From the NCBI GenBank assembly GCA_016839585.1, contig JAEOTZ010000043.1, positions 1-48,941 of the forward strand: a stretch of DNA of 48,941 nucleotides, read 5' to 3'. Origin of the DNA: Promethearchaeota archaeon. Lineage in GTDB: Archaea > Asgardarchaeota > Lokiarchaeia > Sigyniarchaeales > SOKP01. The stretch's first letter is position 1. Every line of letters begins with the position of its first letter. The notes under the pieces are model-generated. The model ran no database searches, was not told where the DNA came from, and saw only the letters and a program-made list of their open reading frames with translations. The position numbers and the translations under genes were made by a program. Below are positions 17,743-27,102 of the stretch, piece after piece.

Positions 17743-20523
17743 ATGCTTATTTTTTCACAATATTTGTGGATTATAGTGATATTCCTTGTATTTTTAATGA
17801 TTTTCAGCCTAATTTTTCTATGGTTAGCTGAGAGGGAAGATTCGATTAAAACTGTAGAACTTTATATTGCTTCTCTAATCTCTTTGATTCTTTTGGCTAA
17901 CATTTGTGAATTAAGAATATATCAAAAATTTGGTGATTCAGAGCTTGTTTTTCTTTTTGATATTGAACTGATTTCGATTTTATTTCTTTTTACAGCACTT
18001 TATTTTATTCTTCTAAAAAATATCAAGGCAGACTATATTATTTACATTCATTCATTAATTGCGATATTAACATCTCATATTTTCATTGCAGGAGTTATTG
18101 GCATCCTATTTGTCGGGACAATTATTATCATCTTAATCGGAGCAGTAATTTTTGCTATTATCCTTCCGTACGATAATGAATATAAAATCTTAACTGTTTT
18201 GGTAATTTTTTCACTTTTAATTTATGTATCAGTTTCTATTAACACTCTATTTTTAACAATAATCCTGCTAGTAATACTAGTTCCTGTTATTTCAATTGGC
18301 AATGAATCTTTTAGAAAAAAAATAATTTCTCTTTATCACGCAACTAAATTATCAAATAAAATTAATTTGAAGATTTTAAAAGTGTTTAATAAAGAAGAGA
18401 AGGAGGAAAAGGTCTCCTATTGGCTAACTAAGGTTAAAATTTTACAAGGAGCATTAGAAAAAAAAGAAGAGACACAAAACCCTAACCAAGAAAAAGAAAC
18501 CACATGGCTTCAGGATTTTTTTTCAAATAAATCTTACTATGGTCTTGAACTTGTTTCTCAAAATGATTTTAACTGGACTTTTTTAATAAAAGCAAGAACT
18601 CAGACTCAAGCTAGAATAAATGGGGAGGCTCTTTTAACTAGATTATCAAGTATCTATCCTGGTTTAGATGGTCAAATTGAGATATTACCAATTAAAAAAG
18701 AAAAACTTCATGATAAAAAATGTATTTTGGAAATAAAGCTTCCTAAACCTCCGTATTTAGAAAACTTTACCTTAATTTCTGATTTCATCAATCTTTTTCA
18801 CAGAAATAAGCAAAAAATTACATTACATATTATTTGGAAAAAAATAGCTCCAAGAAAAATTACAAAAGTTCGAAAAAAGATTGAAAAAATGAAATACAAA
18901 GATGAAAAGGAAAAAGAACAGCTTTCTAAAATGTGGCAAGATGATCTCTTTAAGATTAGAATGTTCGTTAACTATGAAATAATTGAAGAAGATCCAAAAT
19001 TAAGAGAAAGTGCCATTCAAATCATTGAAGGAGGAATTAGAAGCTTAACAATGTCGAGTAGAAATTCTAAAGAATCAGCTCGCCTTGAAAAAATTATCTC
19101 ACAAAATTCTATGAATTTTTTTCGTTTTAACTTATTTTCTGGTCATTATGTAACTCCAAATTGCGTTGATTTCAATTTTCCTGAGGTTATCCCATTAATA
19201 AAACCTTTTACTATTGAAAAAGAAAACATTAAACATAGACCTGTTCACGAGACTGATACAAATCACATTTTAATTGGGAGATATATCTTTAATGGAAGAT
19301 TAACAGAACGAAAAATCCTTATCCCAATAAGTGCTTTTTCTCAAAGTGCGGTAATCTTTGGTCAAATAGGAACAGGAAAAACATATTTATTATCTCAAGT
19401 TGTTAATGAACTTTATAATAAAGCTCCAGATATCGGAATATTAATCATTAACTTAGGTAAAGGCAGTCAGGAGGTATTTTATCACGTAGATAGAGTCATA
19501 AAATTTGGGTCTCCTGATTTTCGAGTCCCTTATTTTTTTCAAGGACCTTATTTAGAAAAAAGCTTACAAGAAACTGCTGCATATCTTATTGCTGCTTTAG
19601 GTTTGAAAAATATTGTCGTTAAAAACATGTTAAATGTTATGAAATCATTTACTTGTAGAGGAAATTCTCTGCCAAAATCTCTGGATATTTTATTTTTTAA
19701 CTTAGAAAAATTTTTTGAGCGTTTTCCTTATCATGTTAAATTTCAAACTAATATTCTTAGAGCACTTCAAAATCGGGTTCTTTCTCTTTTAACTAATGAA
19801 GAACTAAAAAAAATATTGGAATTAACTTCTGAAGTTCCTCAGTGGTTCCAAGAATGGAGAAATGGAAAAAAAATATATCTTGACCTCTCAATGTGTAATA
19901 TTTATGTTAAACGCTTGCTAACAAATGCAATATTTCAACTTGTTCGAACTCTAACTCCGGATGTAGAAGCAGGTACATTAAGAAACATAATAATAATAGA
20001 TGAGGCTCATCAAATCTTAGAAAAATCTACTTCAAGAAATTACGATGATGATGATTTTATATCTACAGAACAATTAGAAAAGATCTTCACAGAATTAATG
20101 AGAGAATTCCGGAGTAAAGGATTGTCGTTTATAATAGTTGAGCAAATCCCTTCAAGACTATTTGAAGCTGTAATAACACTTCCCAGTTTAAAGATCCTGT
20201 TTAGACTAGGATATCCATGCAATACTCTCTTTACCGGAAATGCTAAAGAACAAGATTATTTAATCCTCCAAAAAAAAAGACAAGCATTAGTTTTGAATGG
20301 CACTAGCGGAGAAAAATACGTTATCGAAACTTTAGATACTAAAATACAACCACAAATAGCCTACATGAATGGGACCTCTAAAAAAATATGCCATAATTGC
20401 AATAGTCTTATCGATTACGAAGCAAAATATTGTATGTTTTGTGGAAAAACTTTACTTCCTGATTTAAAAATGCCTTCTGAAGAGTCATATCTTGATTTTT
20501 TTGAAATAAAGGAGGATGATTAG
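17743..20523 (+). CDS. Membrane-anchored HerA/FtsK/VirB4-like (DUF87-type) ATPase with C-terminal zinc ribbon
   Basis: About 6-7 N-terminal TM helices; Walker A GQIGTGKT; Walker B IIIIDEAH; REFRSKG...EQIPSRL; CHNC...CMFC. Confidence 0.8.
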   Translation: MLIFSQYLWIIVIFLVFLMIFSLIFLWLAEREDSIKTVELYIASLISLILLANICELRIYQKFGDSELVFLFDIELISILFLFTALYFILLKNIKADYIIYIHSLIAILTSHIFIAGVIGILFVGTIIIILIGAVIFAIILPYDNEYKILTVLVIFSLLIYVSVSINTLFLTIILLVILVPVISIGNESFRKKIISLYHATKLSNKINLKILKVFNKEEKEEKVSYWLTKVKILQGALEKKEETQNPNQEKETTWLQDFFSNKSYYGLELVSQNDFNWTFLIKARTQTQARINGEALLTRLSSIYPGLDGQIEILPIKKEKLHDKKCILEIKLPKPPYLENFTLISDFINLFHRNKQKITLHIIWKKIAPRKITKVRKKIEKMKYKDEKEKEQLSKMWQDDLFKIRMFVNYEIIEEDPKLRESAIQIIEGGIRSLTMSSRNSKESARLEKIISQNSMNFFRFNLFSGHYVTPNCVDFNFPEVIPLIKPFTIEKENIKHRPVHETDTNHILIGRYIFNGRLTERKILIPISAFSQSAVIFGQIGTGKTYLLSQVVNELYNKAPDIGILIINLGKGSQEVFYHVDRVIKFGSPDFRVPYFFQGPYLEKSLQETAAYLIAALGLKNIVVKNMLNVMKSFTCRGNSLPKSLDILFFNLEKFFERFPYHVKFQTNILRALQNRVLSLLTNEELKKILELTSEVPQWFQEWRNGKKIYLDLSMCNIYVKRLLTNAIFQLVRTLTPDVEAGTLRNIIIIDEAHQILEKSTSRNYDDDDFISTEQLEKIFTELMREFRSKGLSFIIVEQIPSRLFEAVITLPSLKILFRLGYPCNTLFTGNAKEQDYLILQKKRQALVLNGTSGEKYVIETLDTKIQPQIAYMNGTSKKICHNCNSLIDYEAKYCMFCGKTLLPDLKMPSEESYLDFFEIKEDD

Positions 20524-20524
20524 A

Positions 20525-22642
20525 ATGAGTGAATATGGAAATCAAGAAGTTCAAGATGATAATGAAGAAGTTGAAGACGAACAAGAACTTGATAAGACTA
20601 TTAGTAATAATAAAGAAATTAATTTAGAGGATTTTGAACCTATTAATAATCAAAACATTGAATTAGATGGAGAGAGTTTTAAGCCATCTTATAATATAGA
20701 AACTGATATTTATGAGTACCAGTTTGAAATATCTAACAATTTAACTATTGAAAATTCCTATAAAGAATTCGAACCAATCCACGATGAAAAGAATGTGCTC
20801 GCTTGTAACGCACCAGACATTGATAATTCATGGATTCAATCAATAGTTAACGATCCAACTTTAACGACAAATGAAAAAATTGAAAAGTTAGAGAAGAGTA
20901 AGCGTAAAGTGTCGAAGAACTCCGAATTATCGGGTATAGAAAAAAAAAAAATATCAAGTGCGATTGATGATGCTATAACTAAATTATCAAAAGGATTTGT
21001 ATTTACCAGTTCTATTCCATCAAATAGGGATGCTACAGGTAAAAATAACACATCCGACCCTAAAGATAATCAGAACTCTACTCAAAGTGAAAAAGAAGAT
21101 CTGTATCATGCAAATGAAGACTCTAAAGAATTTAAAGAAGAAGGTAAATCTAAAAATCTAGAAAAACAATCAGAAGAAATTCTTAATGAGATTGAAAAAC
21201 CAAAAACAGTTGAAAAAGAGTATGAAGATATAATAAATGCTAATGAACTCGTCTTATTACACGATAATAAATCTAATTTATATAGGTTAACTGAAATCAG
21301 AAATGCTCAAATTCAGGAATATGATTCTACTATAGGATTAAATAATTTTTCTCAAAGAGCTGAAAAAATTGATGTAGATAAATTAATGAAATTACCTGAA
21401 GATGGATCTATCAATATCATTTGTAAACATGGTGAAATATCGGTTTCAGAATCTCATTCTCTACTCTCAGTTGATAATAATTTGAATATTATCGAAATCA
21501 ATGCTAAAGAAATCAAGCCTGGCACACCTATTCTAATACCACGAATCCTAGAAGTAAAAGAAAACTCAGCTCCTTTAGATCTAAGCAATTGTGGAGAAGT
21601 TGTTAAAAAAAATAATAAAGAATATATTAGAGAAGCAAGAACAGAATGTAATCGCTTTATTGAGAAAAATTTCGAATTAGGATATATTTTGGGACAATAC
21701 TGCTCAGAAGGCTCTATGAATCTAGTAACATTAACTTCTAATAGTGATAAAAAAGTAGTAGAAAAGGTAAAAAATTTTGTAGAAAAGAACTTTGGTTTGA
21801 ATCCTAGTTTAAGCAAATATAAATCAAAAGATTATAAAACTATTTATGAATTAAATTGTAGGAGTAAATTAGCTAAAAAAGTATTTACAAAGGGTTTAGG
21901 ATTGAAACCTAAACATGCTCCATATAAAGAAATCCCCCCATTTCTTTATAATGCTCCAAAAGAATGTGTTAAAGGATTTCTTAAAAGCTACCTCAAAGGA
22001 GATGGATCAATTGGAGATTATCGCCGAAAAAATTCTCCAAAACGGGATGTATACATTAGATATAATACATCTTCTAGAAAAATGGCATTTGGATTAAATT
22101 TCTTATTTAAGAGATTTGGTATTGATGCAACTGTATTTAAAAGAGAATTTGATAATATAGAGCATCCAAATTGGCATGATAATTATAGTTTACGAATCAC
22201 AGGTAAAAGAAATTTGAATATTTTACAACAAAATATTCATAATGTTCCTGAGTATAGCAAGTTTGCACGAGACAAATCCCCAGAAATAAATATAAATCCT
22301 TGGATTAAAAAACTTGATAAAAAAATGAAGGAACAATACGGAATATCTCTAAGGATGCTTGCAGAACAACAAAAAATTCCTCATATGGCAGCAAAATGTG
22401 CCCAAGAAAATAATTTAAAAAATTTATCTGAAGGTAATTTATTAAAAACTTTAGATTATCTTAAAAAACAAAACTATAAAACACCTACAATAGAGAAATT
22501 ACAGATTTTTGAAAACAATACTTTCACCCGAGTAAAAGAAATAAAAAAAAATAATAATCAAGAGAATATTTATAATCTGTCGATTGCTGACAATAATAGT
22601 TATATCGCTGGAATAGGGCACATTTATATAAAAAAAAATTAA
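20525..22642 (+). CDS. Acidic low-complexity N-terminus fused to a degenerate intein (Hint) with a LAGLIDADG endonuclease domain
   Basis: LAGLIDADG motifs LGYILGQYCSEGS and FLKSYLKGDGS; Hint block B VSESH; block F IYNLSIADNNSYIAG; ends ...IKKN-stop. GGAGG at 20511-15 favours ATG 20525 over 20516. Confidence 0.75.
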   Translation: MSEYGNQEVQDDNEEVEDEQELDKTISNNKEINLEDFEPINNQNIELDGESFKPSYNIETDIYEYQFEISNNLTIENSYKEFEPIHDEKNVLACNAPDIDNSWIQSIVNDPTLTTNEKIEKLEKSKRKVSKNSELSGIEKKKISSAIDDAITKLSKGFVFTSSIPSNRDATGKNNTSDPKDNQNSTQSEKEDLYHANEDSKEFKEEGKSKNLEKQSEEILNEIEKPKTVEKEYEDIINANELVLLHDNKSNLYRLTEIRNAQIQEYDSTIGLNNFSQRAEKIDVDKLMKLPEDGSINIICKHGEISVSESHSLLSVDNNLNIIEINAKEIKPGTPILIPRILEVKENSAPLDLSNCGEVVKKNNKEYIREARTECNRFIEKNFELGYILGQYCSEGSMNLVTLTSNSDKKVVEKVKNFVEKNFGLNPSLSKYKSKDYKTIYELNCRSKLAKKVFTKGLGLKPKHAPYKEIPPFLYNAPKECVKGFLKSYLKGDGSIGDYRRKNSPKRDVYIRYNTSSRKMAFGLNFLFKRFGIDATVFKREFDNIEHPNWHDNYSLRITGKRNLNILQQNIHNVPEYSKFARDKSPEININPWIKKLDKKMKEQYGISLRMLAEQQKIPHMAAKCAQENNLKNLSEGNLLKTLDYLKKQNYKTPTIEKLQIFENNTFTRVKEIKKNNNQENIYNLSIADNNSYIAGIGHIYIKKN

Positions 22643-24771
22643 TTAAATAAATATCTTTTTCTTGATTCCCATTCAGCCTTTTTCCCCGGATTATACCTAC
22701 TTACATCGCTATAATAACCCGTTATCCTGGAATATACTTTTACGTCTATAGAGTTACATTGGGGACAAGAAAATTGCCCCCCTCGGAACATTCTCTTACA
22801 CGATGGACAATATGTAAAATCTATTGTATATGCAAAGTAAGCTGTGTTAGTATTAAGACAAATATTTTTTGTAAGTTCCCATAAACCATTAATATCTGGC
22901 TTTTGCTCTCCAAGCCAAATATGTGTTATAACACCACCATTTACTATAGGATGGAACTCCCCCTGTTTTATAATTCTTTCTGATAATGGAATATCAGCAT
23001 CATATCTGAAGTGATCTGAATTTGTATAATAAGCAGAATGACCTGATGATTGAACAATTGCTTTTTTTGGAAAATGTCTTAAATCCAATCTTGCTAGGCG
23101 ATTAGCTGCTTGTTCACTAGGTTGTTCCCAAAGAGAATATGATTTCCTATCTCTTTCAGTCATGGAATTACATTTTGCTACCATATAATTTAAGATTTTT
23201 TTCCCCAGTTCATAAGATGTACCATCTTCGTGTAATTCATAACCAGTTAAACTTTTAACTGCTTCATTTAATCCCGTAAATCCTATTGAAACGTTCTGAT
23301 CTTTTATATTGAAAATCGGCTTACCATTAATTTTACCACTACAGAGAGGTAAATGTCCAGTTTTCAATCTTTTTTCCATTAAATTCCATTTTTTACGTAG
23401 AATTCTAGCAGAAAGCTCCATTTTCTCATCCAATATCGTGAAATAGTGATCTTCATTTTCAGATAAATAAGCATACCGAGGAAGATTTAAACTTACACTT
23501 TGTAGTGAACCAATAGTAACATAATTGTCCCATATATTTGCTGTTTTCCTTTTTTCAGGATCAAGAATACATTGCTCAATAATTTGATTACCACTTAGAA
23601 ATTTTCTGCAACATTGACTATGAATTTCATCTGGCATCCAATCTGGACACATGTTAAGAAAATATGGAGTTCCCATTGTTGCGACTTCTTCCATAATTTT
23701 TAGATAAGATGATTCAAATTCCTTTAACCAATCCTTCTTTATTTTAATTTCATGTTTAGGAAAAGCAAAAAGCTTACCATTATAATCACCTTGAATATAG
23801 ACATCAGTTAAGGCATCAAATAATTTGAGGCATTCATCCTTATAATCCCCATATTTTCCAACTATTTCTCCATGAGGTCCAACAGCAGGAATATCTAACA
23901 AACCTTTTGGAACAGTAGGAGTACAAGAAATAGAGGTAAAAGGCACTTGACCACCTCTTGCAGCAAAAATTTGATTTGTCTCAAAAATTAAACACTGCAT
24001 AGATTGTTCAATTTCTCTATCAGAAACTTGTTTAGCATATGGTGCCAAAAAGGTTGTAATATAATCATAGCCTTGACCACCTGAAAATTCACCTTGAATG
24101 ATCCCTAACCATTTTGCCAGGTGAGTAACAGCTACCCGCAAGTTTCCTGCTGGACCAGATCTGCTACAATGGGCCCAACTATCAACTGGAGGTAAACCAT
24201 GCTCAAGAATTAACCTAGGATCCCATTCCTGACAGAATGGACGTAAATCGAAATAACGGAGCATATGAATATGAATATCTCCATAAAGATGGGCGTGAGC
24301 TTCTTCTGAATCTAAAATTCTTAATAGGGCATATTCATCTGATATTCTATTTGCTGCCCAATGATGGATACTTTCTGGATTCATATCTTGATTTGCATTT
24401 TCATTAACACCATTCTCTAAAATAGCTTCATAATCCATTAATGGCATTCCAATTCTAGTATATAACTTTCTTTCCTCTTCAAAATGTTGTTCTGATAAGA
24501 TAGAACATACTATTTCTCTAATATGAGGGCCAGAGAGAAAACGAATACCAGATGAGATAATTCTTCTCACCACAAATTCAGTGATCTTATCAGCTGACTC
24601 TTTATCTAATCCTGTTTCTCTAATAATACTTTGTTCAATTTTTAACGGATCAAAGGATACTACGTCGCCTTCAGTTCTAAAAACTCTCGGTAATAAATTT
24701 TTTAATAAATTACTTTTTAAATTTTCTTCTTTTTTATCTTTTACAGTTTCAGAATTTGGAACCAAAACCAA
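22639..24771 (-). CDS. nrdD: Anaerobic (class III) ribonucleoside-triphosphate reductase with ATP cone
   Basis: N-terminal ATP cone (VFRTEG.V..FD..KI), HLYGDIHIH, RGGQVPFTS, SLNLPR, YYTNS, CxxC...CxxC, and glycyl-radical motif YSRITGYY. Confidence 0.95.
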   Translation of the reverse strand: MVLVPNSETVKDKKEENLKSNLLKNLLPRVFRTEGDVVSFDPLKIEQSIIRETGLDKESADKITEFVVRRIISSGIRFLSGPHIREIVCSILSEQHFEEERKLYTRIGMPLMDYEAILENGVNENANQDMNPESIHHWAANRISDEYALLRILDSEEAHAHLYGDIHIHMLRYFDLRPFCQEWDPRLILEHGLPPVDSWAHCSRSGPAGNLRVAVTHLAKWLGIIQGEFSGGQGYDYITTFLAPYAKQVSDREIEQSMQCLIFETNQIFAARGGQVPFTSISCTPTVPKGLLDIPAVGPHGEIVGKYGDYKDECLKLFDALTDVYIQGDYNGKLFAFPKHEIKIKKDWLKEFESSYLKIMEEVATMGTPYFLNMCPDWMPDEIHSQCCRKFLSGNQIIEQCILDPEKRKTANIWDNYVTIGSLQSVSLNLPRYAYLSENEDHYFTILDEKMELSARILRKKWNLMEKRLKTGHLPLCSGKINGKPIFNIKDQNVSIGFTGLNEAVKSLTGYELHEDGTSYELGKKILNYMVAKCNSMTERDRKSYSLWEQPSEQAANRLARLDLRHFPKKAIVQSSGHSAYYTNSDHFRYDADIPLSERIIKQGEFHPIVNGGVITHIWLGEQKPDINGLWELTKNICLNTNTAYFAYTIDFTYCPSCKRMFRGGQFSCPQCNSIDVKVYSRITGYYSDVSRYNPGKKAEWESRKRYLFN

Positions 24772-25193
24772 TTTAAACCATCACATTTTTAATTTTTTTC
24801 TATTCTTATACAATAAAAAGGCATAATATTGGGCTAACAATCAAATAATTTTGTCGGCAATATGAACTGAATCAAAAGAATTATTTAATGTTTATTATCG
24901 TTAATATTTTACCTCTTTTGATATAAAAATTTATTTGTTTTTTCAATTTAAATTTAATTTATTAACTCCTTATTTGAAATTTGATAACTTGGCTATTTAA
25001 ATTACGAAAAAAATGTTTAATTTTCAGACTGATTCTAAAATGTTATACTGTATCTATGTGATTCCAATTTATTTGTAAATTTGTCGTTAAATTAGTATTT
25101 TTTATTGAATTATCAAAAAAAATTTTATAAGAAGTAATTATGAGTATATTTAAATAAAAAAATTTGAGAACTAATATTAAAGGTTATTCTTAC

Positions 25194-25523
25194 ATGAAGA
25201 GATATATAGTTAATAAAAATGAGGTTCAACCAATAAAAGCTTTAGAAGGAATTTACAGAAGAACATTGATATATAACGATGATATGATGCTCTGTTTATT
25301 TATACTCAAAAAAGGGGTTAAAATTCCTCTCCATAATCATAAAGAAACTCAAATTGGATATGTTATAAGCGGTAAAGTAAAATTTTTTACTGAAGAAAGT
25401 GAATTTATTGCGAAAGAAGGTGATAGCTACGTTTTTAATTCAAATGAAAAGCATGGAGCGTTTATTTTAGAAGATACTGAGGTTATTGATGTCTTTAATC
25501 CTTCTAGAGATGATTATAAATAA
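25194..25523 (+). CDS. Cupin domain protein (KdgF-like)
   Basis: PLHNHKETQIGYVISG...GDSY...NEKHG...DVFNP.RDDY. ATG 25194 preferred over TTG 25164. Confidence 0.85.
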   Translation: MKRYIVNKNEVQPIKALEGIYRRTLIYNDDMMLCLFILKKGVKIPLHNHKETQIGYVISGKVKFFTEESEFIAKEGDSYVFNSNEKHGAFILEDTEVIDVFNPSRDDYK

Positions 25524-25566
25524 AATCCTATTGATTATTAGAGGAGTAAGATTTTGAGCTATAAAT

Positions 25567-25920
25567 TTACCACACATATACTGCAACAGCAAAAATCGCA
25601 AACATACAAAGAAAGAATTCAGCTAACAACCAATCGTAAAAAAATTCCTTTTTCTTATCCCTATTATTTTTTATTTTTGTTGCCAATCCAAAACTTATGG
25701 CTGAATTAGTTCCTAAAAAAATTATTAAGCTAAACGACATAGCATCTATCGTTATGTCAATTGCTCCTAAAAGGATATCAAAAAGCATCCATACACCAAC
25801 AAATCCCCCCAAAGCGAATAGAAAAAACCATCCAGAAAATTGTATAATTTTCTCAAATCTTATATCTATTTCATACCTATTAGTTGGTTGTATAATGCGT
25901 TTTTTCTTAAATTTTGACAT
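25567..25920 (-). CDS. Small three-TM membrane protein
   Basis: Three hydrophobic segments. Confidence 0.65.
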   Translation of the reverse strand: MSKFKKKRIIQPTNRYEIDIRFEKIIQFSGWFFLFALGGFVGVWMLFDILLGAIDITIDAMSFSLIIFLGTNSAISFGLATKIKNNRDKKKEFFYDWLLAEFFLCMFAIFAVAVYVW

Positions 25921-26008
25921 TTTAGATTATGATTTATGATTATTTTATAATATAAATTTTTATGATTCTTAATTTTTATTTTTTGAGTTAATTAAATTAA
26001 ATATTCAA

Positions 26009-26497
26009 TCAAGGTCTATTCTTTAAGAACAGAATAGCTTTAGCAATATCTCCATTGCATTCTCTTAATACAGATTCTGCTTCTTTTGGATCTACATTTG
26101 CTTGTGCTGCAACTAACATTATATCATTTTCAGTTATTGTAGGTTTTATTTCAGATTCATCTAGAGGTTCTGCTTCTACTCTGTCTTCCTGTTCTGAAAT
26201 AGCTATCTCATCTGGCAAAAATTCTTCTGTTTCTCCGATTACTTGATATATTTCTTGACCAGATTGCTTCATTAATATCACTTCCGGTTGATTAATAACT
26301 AATGTTTTATTAGGACTTTCAATTATTACTCTAGTTGCATCTACCTGATCCATTTCTACACCCTGCTGTGCCATTCTTCTACGCATCTGCCTTGATCCAA
26401 ATTGTGACCCTTCTCGGTGTTTAACGGTCTGAGGTCTTTTTGGTTTACTTTTTTGCTTTTCTTGCATTTCTTTTGGTAATTTTACCATTTTTATCAC
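26009..26497 (-). CDS. nac: Nascent polypeptide-associated complex protein (NAC domain + UBA)
   Basis: RQMRRRMAQQG, RVIIE....LVI.QPEV......IYQV.G; C-terminal DIMLVA.QA.V...EA...L....GDIAKAI. Confidence 0.9.
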   Translation of the reverse strand: MIKMVKLPKEMQEKQKSKPKRPQTVKHREGSQFGSRQMRRRMAQQGVEMDQVDATRVIIESPNKTLVINQPEVILMKQSGQEIYQVIGETEEFLPDEIAISEQEDRVEAEPLDESEIKPTITENDIMLVAAQANVDPKEAESVLRECNGDIAKAILFLKNRP

Positions 26498-26539
26498 AAT
26501 ATAAGTTATTTATCTAATAATTATATAATTAATTGAAAT

Positions 26540-27046
26540 TTATATTTTTGATTTATGGACTCCTTTTCTAACATTTATAGCAATACCACTCGAAAAAGAT
26601 TTTATACAAGGAACAGGAATTTTTATTCTACCAATAGCCAATAACTCATCATTTTGATTCACAATAATAACCTCATCTAGTGGTCTTAATGTATCATCAA
26701 TCTCAACAACATGTTTACAAAAAACATTTCTACCTTTTTTAATAAATTCTGAGATATCAATTAGTACTACAACTCTTAATCTCGGAGTTATGCAGTTTTC
26801 AATTATTTTTTTAGCAGAGTATAAGCTTAATGTAAAAAAACCGTTCTTAGGCTTTAATGTGAGTAATAAGTTATTCTTATAATAAATATATCTAATTCTA
26901 TTTGTATTTTTTGATCGTTCAATGTGAATATTTTTCATATCATCGAATAAGATATCAGTTATATCGGTACCAAATTGATAATCTGAAATACCTTTAATTT
27001 TTCTTAAGTCTAGTAAAAATTCAGTTCCCATTTTAAATTCTATCAA
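26540..27046 (-). CDS. PUA domain protein (TGT C-terminal-like)
   Basis: DYQFG, SKNT.RIRY, GRNVFCKHV..ID..LRP.DEV..VN..DELLAIG. Confidence 0.85.
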   Translation of the reverse strand: MIEFKMGTEFLLDLRKIKGISDYQFGTDITDILFDDMKNIHIERSKNTNRIRYIYYKNNLLLTLKPKNGFFTLSLYSAKKIIENCITPRLRVVVLIDISEFIKKGRNVFCKHVVEIDDTLRPLDEVIIVNQNDELLAIGRIKIPVPCIKSFSSGIAINVRKGVHKSKI

Positions 27047-27102
27047 AGATTTGTTACTTTAAAAAAGAGTTTAGGGAATAAATAGTTAATATAAAAATAG
27101 AA

